64,000 nucleotides of DNA from an uncultured Planctomycetia bacterium (GTDB lineage Bacteria > Omnitrophota > Gorgyraeia > Duberdicusellales > 4484-171). The notes under the pieces are model-generated. The model did not search any database, was not told the origin of the DNA, and saw only the letters and a list, made by a program, of their open reading frames with translations. The position numbers and the translations under genes were made by a program. Positions 9,501-19,468 of the stretch are shown here, piece after piece (position 1 is the stretch's first letter; each line of letters starts with the position of its first letter). The DNA is taken from assembly GCA_964483625.1 (NCBI GenBank), contig CAZABB010000001.1:67222-131221 (forward strand), read 5' to 3'.

Positions 9501-10483
9501 TCAAAATTCGTTCCTTCCCCGGAACCAGCAATTGATAATATTATTACAGTTACGCGAACACCGGTGCATCCGTTCGCGTACGGCCTGAGCCTGAGGCGAA
9601 TTCCAGATCTGTCCGATACTTTCCCGGTGGATATTTCCGACCGGCTCCATTCCCACACACAAAAATACCTCGCCCAGCGGGGTAACATTCATGATATATT
9701 CCCCGAAATTACAATATGACTGCCGGATGAGCGAATGAGGATCCCGGTAATATTGTTTAAATAACTCCAATTGGGCAATAGAATTGCCGATCTTATATTT
9801 TTCTTTTTTGAATCCGATCAACGTATCGAAAACGGCCCGGACTTTTCCTTCATCCTGAGGCCAGAGATCGCGGTATTCTTCGTTACGATACCAGTGTTCC
9901 TCGTAAGGAGTAAAAAAAGGCTGGGCGATCGCCTGGTATCCGATCCCGCCCAAAAGGCTATCCTGTTGTACCCATTCGGCCAGAGGGATAATACTGTCGA
10001 GATTCTTCCCCTTGATAATCGTATTCACATAGACCTCGCCCGGAAATTGATTTTCTTTACGGTATTCTATGGCGCGCATGAGGCGGCGATACGACCCAGA
10101 CATCCCCCGAAAATAGTCATGTAGCTGTTCATCCAAACTTGCGACCGAAAAGACCAGCTTACTCACCCCTGCTTCGGTAAGTCGCGCGATCGTTTCCTCA
10201 TCGAACAGCACCCATTGGTCGCAATAGATACCAAAAAACCTCTCATCCGGCACATACGGATAATATCAAAAATATCTTCTCGTAAAAGAAGTTCGCCGCC
10301 GCTTAAGTTTATTTCAAAATGACGTTGGCCCGTCAATTTTCTTAGTTGATCGAGAAATCGTTCGCAGGCATCCGGAGGAAATCGATTCTGGCTTCCGTCA
10401 CGCCACATGTAGCACATTTTACATCTGACATTACAACGTTCCAGGAGAACCAAATCGCAGGCGATAGCGCCTTTTTCTTCCAT
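9501..10483 (-). pseudogene. Radical SAM/SPASM-twitch protein (subfamily A) split by a 1-nt frameshift
   Basis: ORF 10163-10483 carries CNVRCKMC, SGGE and ATNG; ORF 9501-10253 carries the rest, ending CSRNCNNIINC. One extra G in AATGGGTG (about 10211-10213) would restore T-N-G-V-L-F-D-E-E. Confidence 0.85.
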
Positions 10484-10486
10484 ATC

Positions 10487-11527
10487 TTACGTCCCGCCTT
10501 CCTTTTCCGGCAGAAAAAAACAATTGACCATATTATGGCAGTTCCGTTCACATTGATACATCCGGGCTCTCTCTCTGTCGGCTTCCGAGGAGAACCATAA
10601 TTCCTGAATATTATCCCGGCGTACGTTTCCCAACCCCGGCTGGGCGCAACACAGCAAGACTTCCCCCGCGGGATTTATGTTCATCGTATAATCTCCCAGA
10701 TAACAACTCGCTTTCGTCACATAATGAAGCGGATTCTCAAAATAACGCTGGAATTTTTTCAGATGCCCGGCGGGATTGACAATAGGGAATCCCGCTCGCT
10801 TCAAGGAAATAAGCCGTTCGATAGCTTCAACGACTCTCTCTGGATCCTCAGGCCAGAGATGAGCGTATTCTTCGCTTTGGTACCAAGCTATGCCGGCAGC
10901 GGCGTAAAAAGGACTTACAATCGCCTGCAAATGCACTCCATCAATCAACCCTTCGTGTATCAACGTTTTAATCAATTCCTCAATTCCGGTGTAGGTAGGC
11001 CGGGAGATGACCGAAATAATGTTAATCTTGAAATCACGCCGGTACCGGTTCAGAAAGCGGATCGCCGCCATGGTTTTTTCGTAACTGCCCGGCATTCCCC
11101 GTAAAAGATCATGTGTGTGCGCCTGGAGACTGTCCAGAGAAAGATAAATCTCCTTAAGACCGGCATCGACGATCTGCCGGGCCATTGTTTCATCGATAAA
11201 AAAGCCGTTCGAACAGAGAACGGTGGTAAATCCTTTTTTACTCCCGTGACCGATAAGATCCAATATCCCCTTCTGAAGCAACGGCTCTCCTCCGGAGAAC
11301 GTAAGCTCCTTTCTGCCCTCCAGAAGCCCCGCCAGAGAATCGATAAATGATACCCACTCCTGAGGCGTAAGACGGTCTTTCTCCTGGCCGCTCTTCCAGA
11401 GATGGCACATTGTACAACGAAAATTGCAGTTGAGCGACGGGACGACACAACAGGAAACCGGACGCCGGATGTCTCCCGGACGATTTTCTTCGGCAGTATG
11501 GATTTTAAGGTTCTGTTTATCTTCCAC
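10487..11527 (-). CDS. Radical SAM/SPASM-twitch protein (subfamily A)
   Basis: CNFRCTMC, FSGGEP, SNG, CERNCHNMVNC. Confidence 0.92.
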   Translation of the reverse strand: MEDKQNLKIHTAEENRPGDIRRPVSCCVVPSLNCNFRCTMCHLWKSGQEKDRLTPQEWVSFIDSLAGLLEGRKELTFSGGEPLLQKGILDLIGHGSKKGFTTVLCSNGFFIDETMARQIVDAGLKEIYLSLDSLQAHTHDLLRGMPGSYEKTMAAIRFLNRYRRDFKINIISVISRPTYTGIEELIKTLIHEGLIDGVHLQAIVSPFYAAAGIAWYQSEEYAHLWPEDPERVVEAIERLISLKRAGFPIVNPAGHLKKFQRYFENPLHYVTKASCYLGDYTMNINPAGEVLLCCAQPGLGNVRRDNIQELWFSSEADRERARMYQCERNCHNMVNCFFLPEKEGGT

Positions 11528-11544
11528 CGGCTATTTTTGTTCGT

Positions 11545-12564
11545 TCAATCTTCGTAATAACAATTTACGACCAGTTCGCAATTCTGACGGCATTGCCGCA
11601 TCTTGTGCCGAATCTGCCGGGCTTTCTGCGAATACCAGAGATCGACAATATTATCGGTACGGATATTCCCCAGTTTCTCCATGAAGAAACACAGATAAAT
11701 ATCTCCCAGGGCATTCACGTTAACCGCCTCATCGGAAAGATTACACCGGTGCATTTTCACAAACCGGTCTGGATCACGAAAATAGCTCTTAAACATATTC
11801 AACTGCCCCAGAGAGTTCTCGATCCTGCATCCGTCCTTCTTCAAATCGATCAGTTCATCTAATACCCCGCACACTTCAGAGGTATCCTGCGGCCAGAGTT
11901 CCCGGGCCGGTGAATTCTTATACCATTGCCAATCATAGGAAGAACCAAAAGGCCGCATCAAGGCCATAAAATATATTGATTCAAGCATGGGATGTTCTCG
12001 GACCCATCGGGCAAGCCGAGGTAGATCTTTCATATTGAGTGCGGTAATAATCGTGTTGATTGCCAGGCGCGGACTTTGAGATCTCATGGGTTCAAAATAA
12101 GAAATCGCCTTACATACGCGGCCGAAACAATCTTTCTGTCCCCGCAAGTAATCGTGGACTTCGGGATCAAGACTTTCCAGAGAAAAATTCAGCATACTGA
12201 GGCCGGAATCCACGATATCCCGTGCCGCACCGGGAGTAATCGGATAGCCACAGGAAGTCATCACCGTACGTCCCCGCCCCTGCCGGATACAACGGATGAG
12301 ATCGAAAATGCCTTCTTTGATCAGAGGTTCGCCGCCGATAAGGTGTACCTCAACAGGATCTCCCGCGAATCCGCCCAGCGAACGCACGAACTGTTTACCG
12401 TCATCGATAGATATTTCCTGCCCGGCAGTATCCAGACGCCAGAGATGACACATTCTGCAGTGCAGGACGCACTGGTTGGTCACGGTTAACAGGCACGTCC
12501 GCGGCGGCCGGACCGGATCGTTTTTCTTTTGGGCTTCGTACGTTTTCTTTTTCGAGAAAAACAT
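11545..12564 (-). CDS. Radical SAM/SPASM-twitch protein (subfamily A)
   Basis: CVLHCRMC, GGEP, MALMRPF, CRQNCELVVNC. Confidence 0.92.
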   Translation of the reverse strand: MFFSKKKTYEAQKKNDPVRPPRTCLLTVTNQCVLHCRMCHLWRLDTAGQEISIDDGKQFVRSLGGFAGDPVEVHLIGGEPLIKEGIFDLIRCIRQGRGRTVMTSCGYPITPGAARDIVDSGLSMLNFSLESLDPEVHDYLRGQKDCFGRVCKAISYFEPMRSQSPRLAINTIITALNMKDLPRLARWVREHPMLESIYFMALMRPFGSSYDWQWYKNSPARELWPQDTSEVCGVLDELIDLKKDGCRIENSLGQLNMFKSYFRDPDRFVKMHRCNLSDEAVNVNALGDIYLCFFMEKLGNIRTDNIVDLWYSQKARQIRHKMRQCRQNCELVVNCYYED

Positions 12565-12579
12565 TGCATTCTCTTTCGG

Positions 12580-13701
12580 TTATGTCGCGATATAATCGGT
12601 AATATTTTCTATCTTATAGAAACAGTTGACGACCACATCGCAATCTGTCCGACACGACTGTATCCGGGCTCTTACCGTCTGCATCTGCGGCGAAAACCAG
12701 ACTTCTGAAAACTTCCTATCGCGTATGTTCGCCACCGGCGGCATGGCAAAACACATGTTAATATCTCCGTAGGCGTTTATCTCCGGCGCCAGATCGCCCC
12801 GGGGACAACGGATCTTACTGTCATGGACGAACCGGTAAGGATTACGGAAATATTCTTTTACCAACCGTAATTGTTCGGGAGGATTACATATATTGTACCC
12901 TTTCTCCTTACGCTGAGCGAGTTCCTCGAGAATACCATGTGCTTTTTCTATATCCTGCGGCCAGATCTCGCTATTTCGGGTAAGCTTAAACCACTCTTTC
13001 TCCGGGCTTTCGCAGTCGAACGGCTGCAGGCAGGCGTTCACGAAAAAGTCGTCTATCTTTTCGTTGCGGTTAGCCCATTCGGCAACATCCAGTACTTCAT
13101 CCAGATTCTTCTCCATCAGCGTCATGGTGACCCCGATACTGAGCCGATCTTCTCCTTGAGATCCCCGGCAGGAATCAAGGAGTTCTATGGCCCGCATGAC
13201 CCGTTTATGGCTGCCCTGGATTCCCCGCAGGTAATCATGCGTATGCGGGTTCATCCCGTCAAGAGAAAGAAAGATACCGGTCAATCCGCTGGAGACCAGC
13301 CGCCGAGCCATCCGGCGGTCGATATAAAAACCGTTGGTCGTGATCGAACACCGGTAACCGTTCTTTCTGATATAAGAGAGGATCTCGATCAGGTCCTTTC
13401 TTAACAAAGCTTCCCCGCCGATAAGATGGATAAAAATCGGATCGGTCGTTACCTTTTTTAAGTCGTCGACAAAGCCTTTTATTTCTTCCAACGTCAATTC
13501 CTTGCGATCGATATCCCGTTCTTTATTTTTCCACATATTACACATCTTGCAGCGGAAGGTGCACTCTTTGGAAACAACGAGAAGACAAAAAGCGGGAAAC
13601 GCCTGGTTTGTCCGGTCATATTGCCCTCCCCTTTGTCTCCGTCGCCCTCCGGCTACGTTTGGTTTAATCTTTTTCAGTAAAGCCCTGAGCAGATTCTCCA
13701 T
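12580..13701 (-). CDS. Radical SAM/SPASM-twitch protein (subfamily A)
   Basis: CTFRCKMC, GGEA, TTNG, CRTDCDVVVNC. Start set at ATG 13701, which follows AGGAGG. Confidence 0.92.
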   Translation of the reverse strand: MENLLRALLKKIKPNVAGGRRRQRGGQYDRTNQAFPAFCLLVVSKECTFRCKMCNMWKNKERDIDRKELTLEEIKGFVDDLKKVTTDPIFIHLIGGEALLRKDLIEILSYIRKNGYRCSITTNGFYIDRRMARRLVSSGLTGIFLSLDGMNPHTHDYLRGIQGSHKRVMRAIELLDSCRGSQGEDRLSIGVTMTLMEKNLDEVLDVAEWANRNEKIDDFFVNACLQPFDCESPEKEWFKLTRNSEIWPQDIEKAHGILEELAQRKEKGYNICNPPEQLRLVKEYFRNPYRFVHDSKIRCPRGDLAPEINAYGDINMCFAMPPVANIRDRKFSEVWFSPQMQTVRARIQSCRTDCDVVVNCFYKIENITDYIAT

Positions 13702-14725
13702 GCGTTGCCTCCTGCTTGTTGGCTCCAATTTCACTGGCCACCGTCTCATCCTCATAAAAACAGTTGATCATGATATGGCAGTTCCGTCGGCAACTGTACA
13801 CATCATTACGTACTTTTTCCGCTTGAGACGAATACCAGGCAGTATGAATATCGTCGGCCTTTATATTTCCGATGGGATGCATAAGGTTACAGAAGAATAT
13901 TTTTCCGTAAGGATCCACGTGAAATTCATAATCACCTAACGTACACTTAATCTTTTTCAAAAACATATTGGGATCCTGGAAATATTCCTTAAAATGCAAA
14001 AAATGATTGGGCTGATTGCCGATTTTATACCCATCGAGCCGCAATTGCCGCAACGTCGTCATAAGACGCGTCACCCCTTCGGTATTCTGTGGCCAGAGAA
14101 AATGATTCTTTTCCTTTTGAAACCAGAAAGGATCGGCCTCCTCGCATAAGGGCTGAGTCACCGCCTGAAAGCTAATCATTTCAATCCGAGCATCATTTTG
14201 CACCCATTCCACCAGAGGAATAATTTCGCCAAAATTGTATCCCATAAGAATCGTAAGGATAGAAATCACCGGTTTTCCGCCGACGCGAAACCCATCGATA
14301 TAATCTATCGCGTTTCTAATGTGCCGGTGACTCCCGGTGATACCGCGCAGGAAGTCGTGAGTTTCCGGCTTAATCCCATCCAGAGAAAAGGTAATGGTAT
14401 CCAATCCGGAATCAACGATCCGTTTTGCCACGGCTTCGTCGATAAAGAAACCGTTGGTAACCATATTGGTACGGTATCCCTGGCGACGAATAAAATCGAT
14501 GAGGTCAAACACCTCCCTGCTTGCCAAAGGTTCGCCGCCGGAAAGATGAAATTCAAATCCCGCGTCAACATTCCCTTTTAACGAACGAATGAATCTCTTT
14601 TTTTCCTCTAACGTCGTCTCCTTTTTGTCCGCCTCATGCACATTCCAGATAAAACACATCTTACAGCGCAACGGACAACGGTAATTGAGCACCCAACAGC
14701 TATAGCGAGGCTTTTCTGCTTTCAT
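13664..14725 (-). CDS. Radical SAM/SPASM-twitch protein (subfamily A)
   Basis: CPLRCKMC, SGGEP, VTNG, QAVTQP, CRRNCHIMINC. Confidence 0.92.
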   Translation of the reverse strand: MKAEKPRYSCWVLNYRCPLRCKMCFIWNVHEADKKETTLEEKKRFIRSLKGNVDAGFEFHLSGGEPLASREVFDLIDFIRRQGYRTNMVTNGFFIDEAVAKRIVDSGLDTITFSLDGIKPETHDFLRGITGSHRHIRNAIDYIDGFRVGGKPVISILTILMGYNFGEIIPLVEWVQNDARIEMISFQAVTQPLCEEADPFWFQKEKNHFLWPQNTEGVTRLMTTLRQLRLDGYKIGNQPNHFLHFKEYFQDPNMFLKKIKCTLGDYEFHVDPYGKIFFCNLMHPIGNIKADDIHTAWYSSQAEKVRNDVYSCRRNCHIMINCFYEDETVASEIGANKQEATHGESAQGFTEKD

Positions 14726-14737
14726 TTGTAGACATTT

Positions 14738-15784
14738 TTATTTGGCAACCGAATAAAGCGACGGGTCATCTTCTATATAACAACAATTCAAGAGAAGATG
14801 ACAATTAGTTTTACACTCACTCACTCTTTTTCTTATCTCTTGAGCATCTTGAGAATACCACAGCTCTCTGATATCATCTTTGCGGATATTGCCGATAAAA
14901 TCCATGAAAAAACAAAGCTGAATAAATCCGTAGGTATTGATACTCAATGCCGCTCCGCCCACCATGCATTTAGCCCGGTTGACAAACTTTTTGGGATCGG
15001 CAAAGTAGGCTTTATACGCTCTTAAGTGTTCAAGACGATTACTGATCTTGGATCCTTTCTGCCGCATCTCGATCAAAGAATCAATAATACCTATAAGCTT
15101 GGGAATATCTTTCGGCCAGAGATAGTTATATTCTTGGTGCCACTGGCTGTCAAGCGCCCCGCTGTAATTAGGCTGGACCACAGCCATAAAATAAAGCCAA
15201 TCGACTCTTCGGTCCCGATCGGCTGTGTGAGCAAGTTTGATGAGATCATTCATGTTCTCATTCATAATAATACAGCACAATCCTTTTTTGGTATGCGGTG
15301 AATACTTCGTGAGATAGGAAAGCGCGTTCATCACCCGTTTATATACTCCTTTTACTCCCCGCATCCGGTCATGCACTCGCGCGTAGGGACTATCTAAAGA
15401 AAGACTTATGGCGTCGACTCCGGCAGCGGCGATTCTCTTTGCCATATCCTTGTTGATCAGATAACCGTTTGATGCCATCGTCGTACGGAATCCCTGTTCC
15501 TTGGCAAATTTCACCATCTCCAGTATCCCCGGCAGAGACAGCGCTTCCCCTCCCCCGAAATCCAATTCAAATCCTTCATCGACCAGCGCGCGGAATTGAG
15601 CAATAAACCGTTTCCACTCCTCAATCGTAGGGATCTCATCGGGATTCGGTATCCGTTCCCGCCATTTGTTGCACATTTTACAACGTAACATACAGTAATC
15701 GGTAGCGGCAATGCAACAAAATTTAGGCTTCATATTGAGAATCTGCATCCGGGACGGATTTTTCCTTTCACAAAAATTATCCAT
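14738..15784 (-). CDS. Radical SAM/SPASM-twitch protein (subfamily A)
   Basis: CMLRCKMC, GGGEA, SNG, CKTNCHLLLNC. Confidence 0.92.
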   Translation of the reverse strand: MDNFCERKNPSRMQILNMKPKFCCIAATDYCMLRCKMCNKWRERIPNPDEIPTIEEWKRFIAQFRALVDEGFELDFGGGEALSLPGILEMVKFAKEQGFRTTMASNGYLINKDMAKRIAAAGVDAISLSLDSPYARVHDRMRGVKGVYKRVMNALSYLTKYSPHTKKGLCCIIMNENMNDLIKLAHTADRDRRVDWLYFMAVVQPNYSGALDSQWHQEYNYLWPKDIPKLIGIIDSLIEMRQKGSKISNRLEHLRAYKAYFADPKKFVNRAKCMVGGAALSINTYGFIQLCFFMDFIGNIRKDDIRELWYSQDAQEIRKRVSECKTNCHLLLNCCYIEDDPSLYSVAK

Positions 15785-16865
15785 AAAGCCCCTTTCTATT
15801 TTCTCTTTCGACTACAAACGGATAGTCACCTTCAAAAAAACAATTCAGAAGAAAATGACAATTATCGCCGCATGTCCTAATCTTCTCTCTGGCCCGTTCG
15901 GCTTTCTCCGACACCCAGAGCTTCCGTATGTCGTCCTCGGGATTGCGGATATTGCCCAGCTTCTCCCAACTGTAACACAAAAAGACATCCCCAATGGAAC
16001 TGATGTGCAGCGCCCGGTCAAGATTACACGGCCCTTTTTTGACAAACCGGTCGGGAGCCTCCAGATACTTCTTGTACGCCTCTAACTGCTGGGGAGTATT
16101 GCCGATTAACTGGCCCTCTTTGCGGCGGCGGATGATCTCATCGAGAATTCGATGGACCTTCTCTGTATTTTGGGGCCAGTAAAAACCGAATTCGGGGGTA
16201 CGATACCAATGCCGATCAAATTTTTCTTTTCCCCAATAGGTATTATTCGGCTGCATGGGAACCATATAATAAATGGATTTAAAGCGGGGGTCTTCATTGA
16301 CCCAGGTTCCCAACTCAAGCATGCCATCAACTGTATCGGCCATAATAATGCTGCACATACCGACATGCACGTCCGGCGCATATTTTGCCAGATTGTCTAG
16401 AGCGCGCATCACCCGGGCATGAACCCCTTTGACTCCCCGCCAATGATCATGAACTTTTTCATCCAGACTGTCCAGAGAAAGCACCAGACTGAACAGCCCG
16501 GAATCAGCGATCCGTTGTGCCATCTCTTTATCGATTAAATACCCGTTACTGGCAATGGTCATCTTGAACCCGATATCGGTACAGTAACGGATAAAATCCC
16601 AGAGCCAGTCGACAAGAAGAGCTTCTCCGCCGCCCACATCGATCTCAAACTTCTCATCGACAAGATCGCGTAGCTGCCGCGCCGCCCGCATCCATTCCTG
16701 AAGAGTTGGTTTGGTTTTACCGTAGGTACCTTTATCTTTATGCCATTTATCGCACATCTGACAGCGTAGCATGCAATCATCGGTAATCCCGGGACAGCAG
16801 AATCCCGGTTTCAATATGTTCTTCTCGGCCTGATTGAGCTGACTCTGCATCATATGTTTCTCCAT
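15777..16865 (-). CDS. Radical SAM/SPASM-twitch protein (subfamily A)
   Basis: CMLRCQMC, GGGEA, SNG, CGDNCHFLLNC. Confidence 0.92.
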   Translation of the reverse strand: MEKHMMQSQLNQAEKNILKPGFCCPGITDDCMLRCQMCDKWHKDKGTYGKTKPTLQEWMRAARQLRDLVDEKFEIDVGGGEALLVDWLWDFIRYCTDIGFKMTIASNGYLIDKEMAQRIADSGLFSLVLSLDSLDEKVHDHWRGVKGVHARVMRALDNLAKYAPDVHVGMCSIIMADTVDGMLELGTWVNEDPRFKSIYYMVPMQPNNTYWGKEKFDRHWYRTPEFGFYWPQNTEKVHRILDEIIRRRKEGQLIGNTPQQLEAYKKYLEAPDRFVKKGPCNLDRALHISSIGDVFLCYSWEKLGNIRNPEDDIRKLWVSEKAERAREKIRTCGDNCHFLLNCFFEGDYPFVVERENRKGLYG

Positions 16866-16867
16866 CG

Positions 16868-17938
16868 TTAAGGTTTAACCGTACTTAATTGAGAATCTAC
16901 CCGAAACGGATAGTCGCCTTCGAAATAGCAATTCAAAAGAAAATGACAGTTTTCCCGACAGTCCCGTATTGCGGCCCTTACGCGGTCGGCTTCGGAAGAA
17001 TACCAGAGCCAGGCCAGATCATCATGTTCGATATTCCCAAGCCGGTCATGCTGGTAACAGATAAAAATATCTCCCACGGCACTCACATGAACAGCCTGAT
17101 CCATATTGCAGGGATTCTTTTTCACGAAGCAGTCGGGATGACGGAAATACGATTTGAATGCTTCCAGTTGACACACCTGGTTCGAGATCTTCAACGGATT
17201 CTGTCTTTTCAGACGTATGATCTCCTCCAGAACCGATGCCGCTTTTTGAGCATCCTTGGGCCAGAGGAATCCGAATTCCTCGGAGCGATACCATGCCTGG
17301 GTAAAAGACGTATTGTTGGGTTGAACAATCACCATGAAATCGATCCAGTCCAACGACTTATTTTTCAATGCCCATGATGTCAGCGGAATAATATCTTCCA
17401 GGTTATACTCGGAAATAACCGTACAAATGCCTTTTTTGGTACGAGGGGCATACCGATCAAGATACTCGATAGCGTCCATCACCCGTTGATAGACCCCTTC
17501 GACGCCGCGTAAGAAATCATGTTTTTTTTCATCCAGTGTATCCAGGGAAAGATTGATAAGATGCAGGCCCGATCTTCCGATACGCCGGGCCAGCTCCTGA
17601 TCGATCAGGTACCCGTTTGAGGGGATATTGACGGTAAATCCCCGGCGGATCGCATAACGGGCAAGTTCCAAGATATCCGGTAAAAGGAATGCCTCACCGC
17701 CGCCGAGATGGAGATACAAGTCCTTCTCGGCAATCGACTCAAGCGATTTCACCGCCCGCTTCCATGCGGCCAAAGAAGCCGGTATGCCGTTTGCCGCAGC
17801 CATATCCGGTTTCCACTTATGGCACATCTTACAGCGCAGCATACATTGATCGGTAACTCCGAAACAACAAAACCGCACGCGGGGGGGAAATTCCCCCGGC
17901 GACCTTTCTTTCTTTTTCCCAAACAGACGTTTTATCAT
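16868..17938 (-). CDS. Radical SAM/SPASM-twitch protein (subfamily A)
   Basis: CMLRCKMC, GGGEA, SNG, CRENCHFLLNC. Confidence 0.92.
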   Translation of the reverse strand: MIKRLFGKKKERSPGEFPPRVRFCCFGVTDQCMLRCKMCHKWKPDMAAANGIPASLAAWKRAVKSLESIAEKDLYLHLGGGEAFLLPDILELARYAIRRGFTVNIPSNGYLIDQELARRIGRSGLHLINLSLDTLDEKKHDFLRGVEGVYQRVMDAIEYLDRYAPRTKKGICTVISEYNLEDIIPLTSWALKNKSLDWIDFMVIVQPNNTSFTQAWYRSEEFGFLWPKDAQKAASVLEEIIRLKRQNPLKISNQVCQLEAFKSYFRHPDCFVKKNPCNMDQAVHVSAVGDIFICYQHDRLGNIEHDDLAWLWYSSEADRVRAAIRDCRENCHFLLNCYFEGDYPFRVDSQLSTVKP

Positions 17939-17959
17939 CCTCTGACTACAATGGTTTCC

Positions 17960-18106
17960 TTACGAACGGCCGAATTGCTTCCAGTCGATCCCTCGCCGTT
18001 TACATTCCCGCCGCCACTGTATATATTTTACTCCGCGGTAAAAGGCATAAAAAAGCCCGTGCGCCCGACAGTGTTTACGGAATTTCCGCAAATATGTTTC
18101 CACCAT
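17960..18106 (-). CDS. 48-aa basic, aromatic-rich small protein (not in ORF track)
   Basis: Manual translation MVETYLRKFRKHCRAHGLFYAFYRGVKYIQWRRECKRRGIDWKQFGRS. A strong AAGGAGG RBS follows the upstream stop, and the ORF fills the 180-bp gap. Confidence 0.75.
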   Translation of the reverse strand: MVETYLRKFRKHCRAHGLFYAFYRGVKYIQWRRECKRRGIDWKQFGRS

Positions 18107-18121
18107 CTTTCCCCCTCCTTC

Positions 18122-19468
18122 TTAGCGTATGCCGGCGTACCCAGCCGGCTGTCTCTCGCATGTATTTTTGATTTCCTTCTCTCCCAGCGGTTTTTCCCGA
18201 TCCCTTTTCCCACGCAGAAATTTCATCGTTTTTGCCAGAGAAACCAGTATTTTCTTCTGCCGGGGAGAAAGCGAAGCAATGCGGCCGTGCATATACCGGT
18301 TATGACCGAGATTATCGCAGCTTTTATAACATCCCATCCTGGCATCCCGATCGTTTCCGATCAGCGAAAAGAATTCATCCGCGGGATTCATATGAAGCGT
18401 TTTTTCCCGAAACTGCCTCTGCCGGGGGCCGTTCCATATCCGGGAGAACTTATCTTGGTGGATATTTCCCACGGGAAAACGGTGGGACTTCAGGCACGAA
18501 TTCACATTGCCGTCGGCCAGGATACGGACAAACACCCATCCGGCATAACAGGGAATTTCGTTAATCACATTGGAATCGTATTGGGCGCATTGAGAATCAC
18601 AGTTGGCAATCCGGCGCACAAAATCTTCAAATCCGAACAGAAAAGATATTTGGTTATTCTTCTCTCCCCAGCGGCGCCGGATCGATTCGCAACGATTCAA
18701 CAAATCTCCGCATTGCCTTTCATCGAGAAGCAACCGGTCGGTTTTGCCGGGAATCGTATCGATAACCGTGAATTCGACCATTTCCGAACCCGTTTGGCAG
18801 GCCAATTCAGCCATGCGTTCAATATCATGGTAATTCTCGGAAAAGATGACATGATATATTTTTACCCGGGGTAATTCGCGTTTGGTCCGATTCAAAAGAT
18901 CCAGCATGTCTTTGATACGATAAAACGTGCTCTTATCTTTATTGGGATGCGTAGCGGAATAAATCTCCGGCGTCCCCGCCCAGATACTCACCGTGAGCGA
19001 ATCAACGCCCAAGCGCACCAGCTCCTTTACTCTGAATTCATCAACGAGAGTAAAGTTCGTATTCACATAGCATTCAAATCCCCGTTTTTTAGTATATGCC
19101 AGGATATCCATAATGTCCGGGTGCATAAACGGTTCTCCGCCGCCGGCATAATATATCTGCCGGGTACCCATACGCGCCAGTTCATCAAGGAGTTTTATCA
19201 CCCGCCGGCGGGGAAGCATCTGCTTTTTTACCGATGGGGAGATCTTCTTTTCTCCCAGAAGCGGCGAGTTACACCAACAGCCGATGCAGTCGTTATTACA
19301 GTCGTTAGTTAAATCGATCTGCACAAAGTCGGGCCCTTTATAGGCATACGTCCCATCAATCACACCCAGAGCGTCAAGATAACAACCGCGCATCTTCCTC
19401 GCTACCGACCGTCCCCCTTCTTTTTTCCAGTGCGATAATACCTTGCTTACTGTCCTTTGATCGATCAT
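18122..19468 (-). CDS. Radical SAM/SPASM-twitch protein (subfamily B)
   Basis: GPDFVQIDLTNDCNNDCIGCW, GGGEP, C-terminal CYAGW...SC...CYKSCDN. Confidence 0.9.
   Translation of the reverse strand: MIDQRTVSKVLSHWKKEGGRSVARKMRGCYLDALGVIDGTYAYKGPDFVQIDLTNDCNNDCIGCWCNSPLLGEKKISPSVKKQMLPRRRVIKLLDELARMGTRQIYYAGGGEPFMHPDIMDILAYTKKRGFECYVNTNFTLVDEFRVKELVRLGVDSLTVSIWAGTPEIYSATHPNKDKSTFYRIKDMLDLLNRTKRELPRVKIYHVIFSENYHDIERMAELACQTGSEMVEFTVIDTIPGKTDRLLLDERQCGDLLNRCESIRRRWGEKNNQISFLFGFEDFVRRIANCDSQCAQYDSNVINEIPCYAGWVFVRILADGNVNSCLKSHRFPVGNIHQDKFSRIWNGPRQRQFREKTLHMNPADEFFSLIGNDRDARMGCYKSCDNLGHNRYMHGRIASLSPRQKKILVSLAKTMKFLRGKRDREKPLGEKEIKNTCERQPAGYAGIR

Noticed and set aside
18028-18213. 61-aa ORF as precursor peptide
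   Set aside because: Overlaps the upstream gene by about 90 nt with no RBS; the 48-aa frame with AAGGAGG fits better.
17708-18874. 388-aa plus-strand ORF
   Set aside because: Antisense shadow of two radical SAM genes and the 48-aa ORF; no recognisable motifs.
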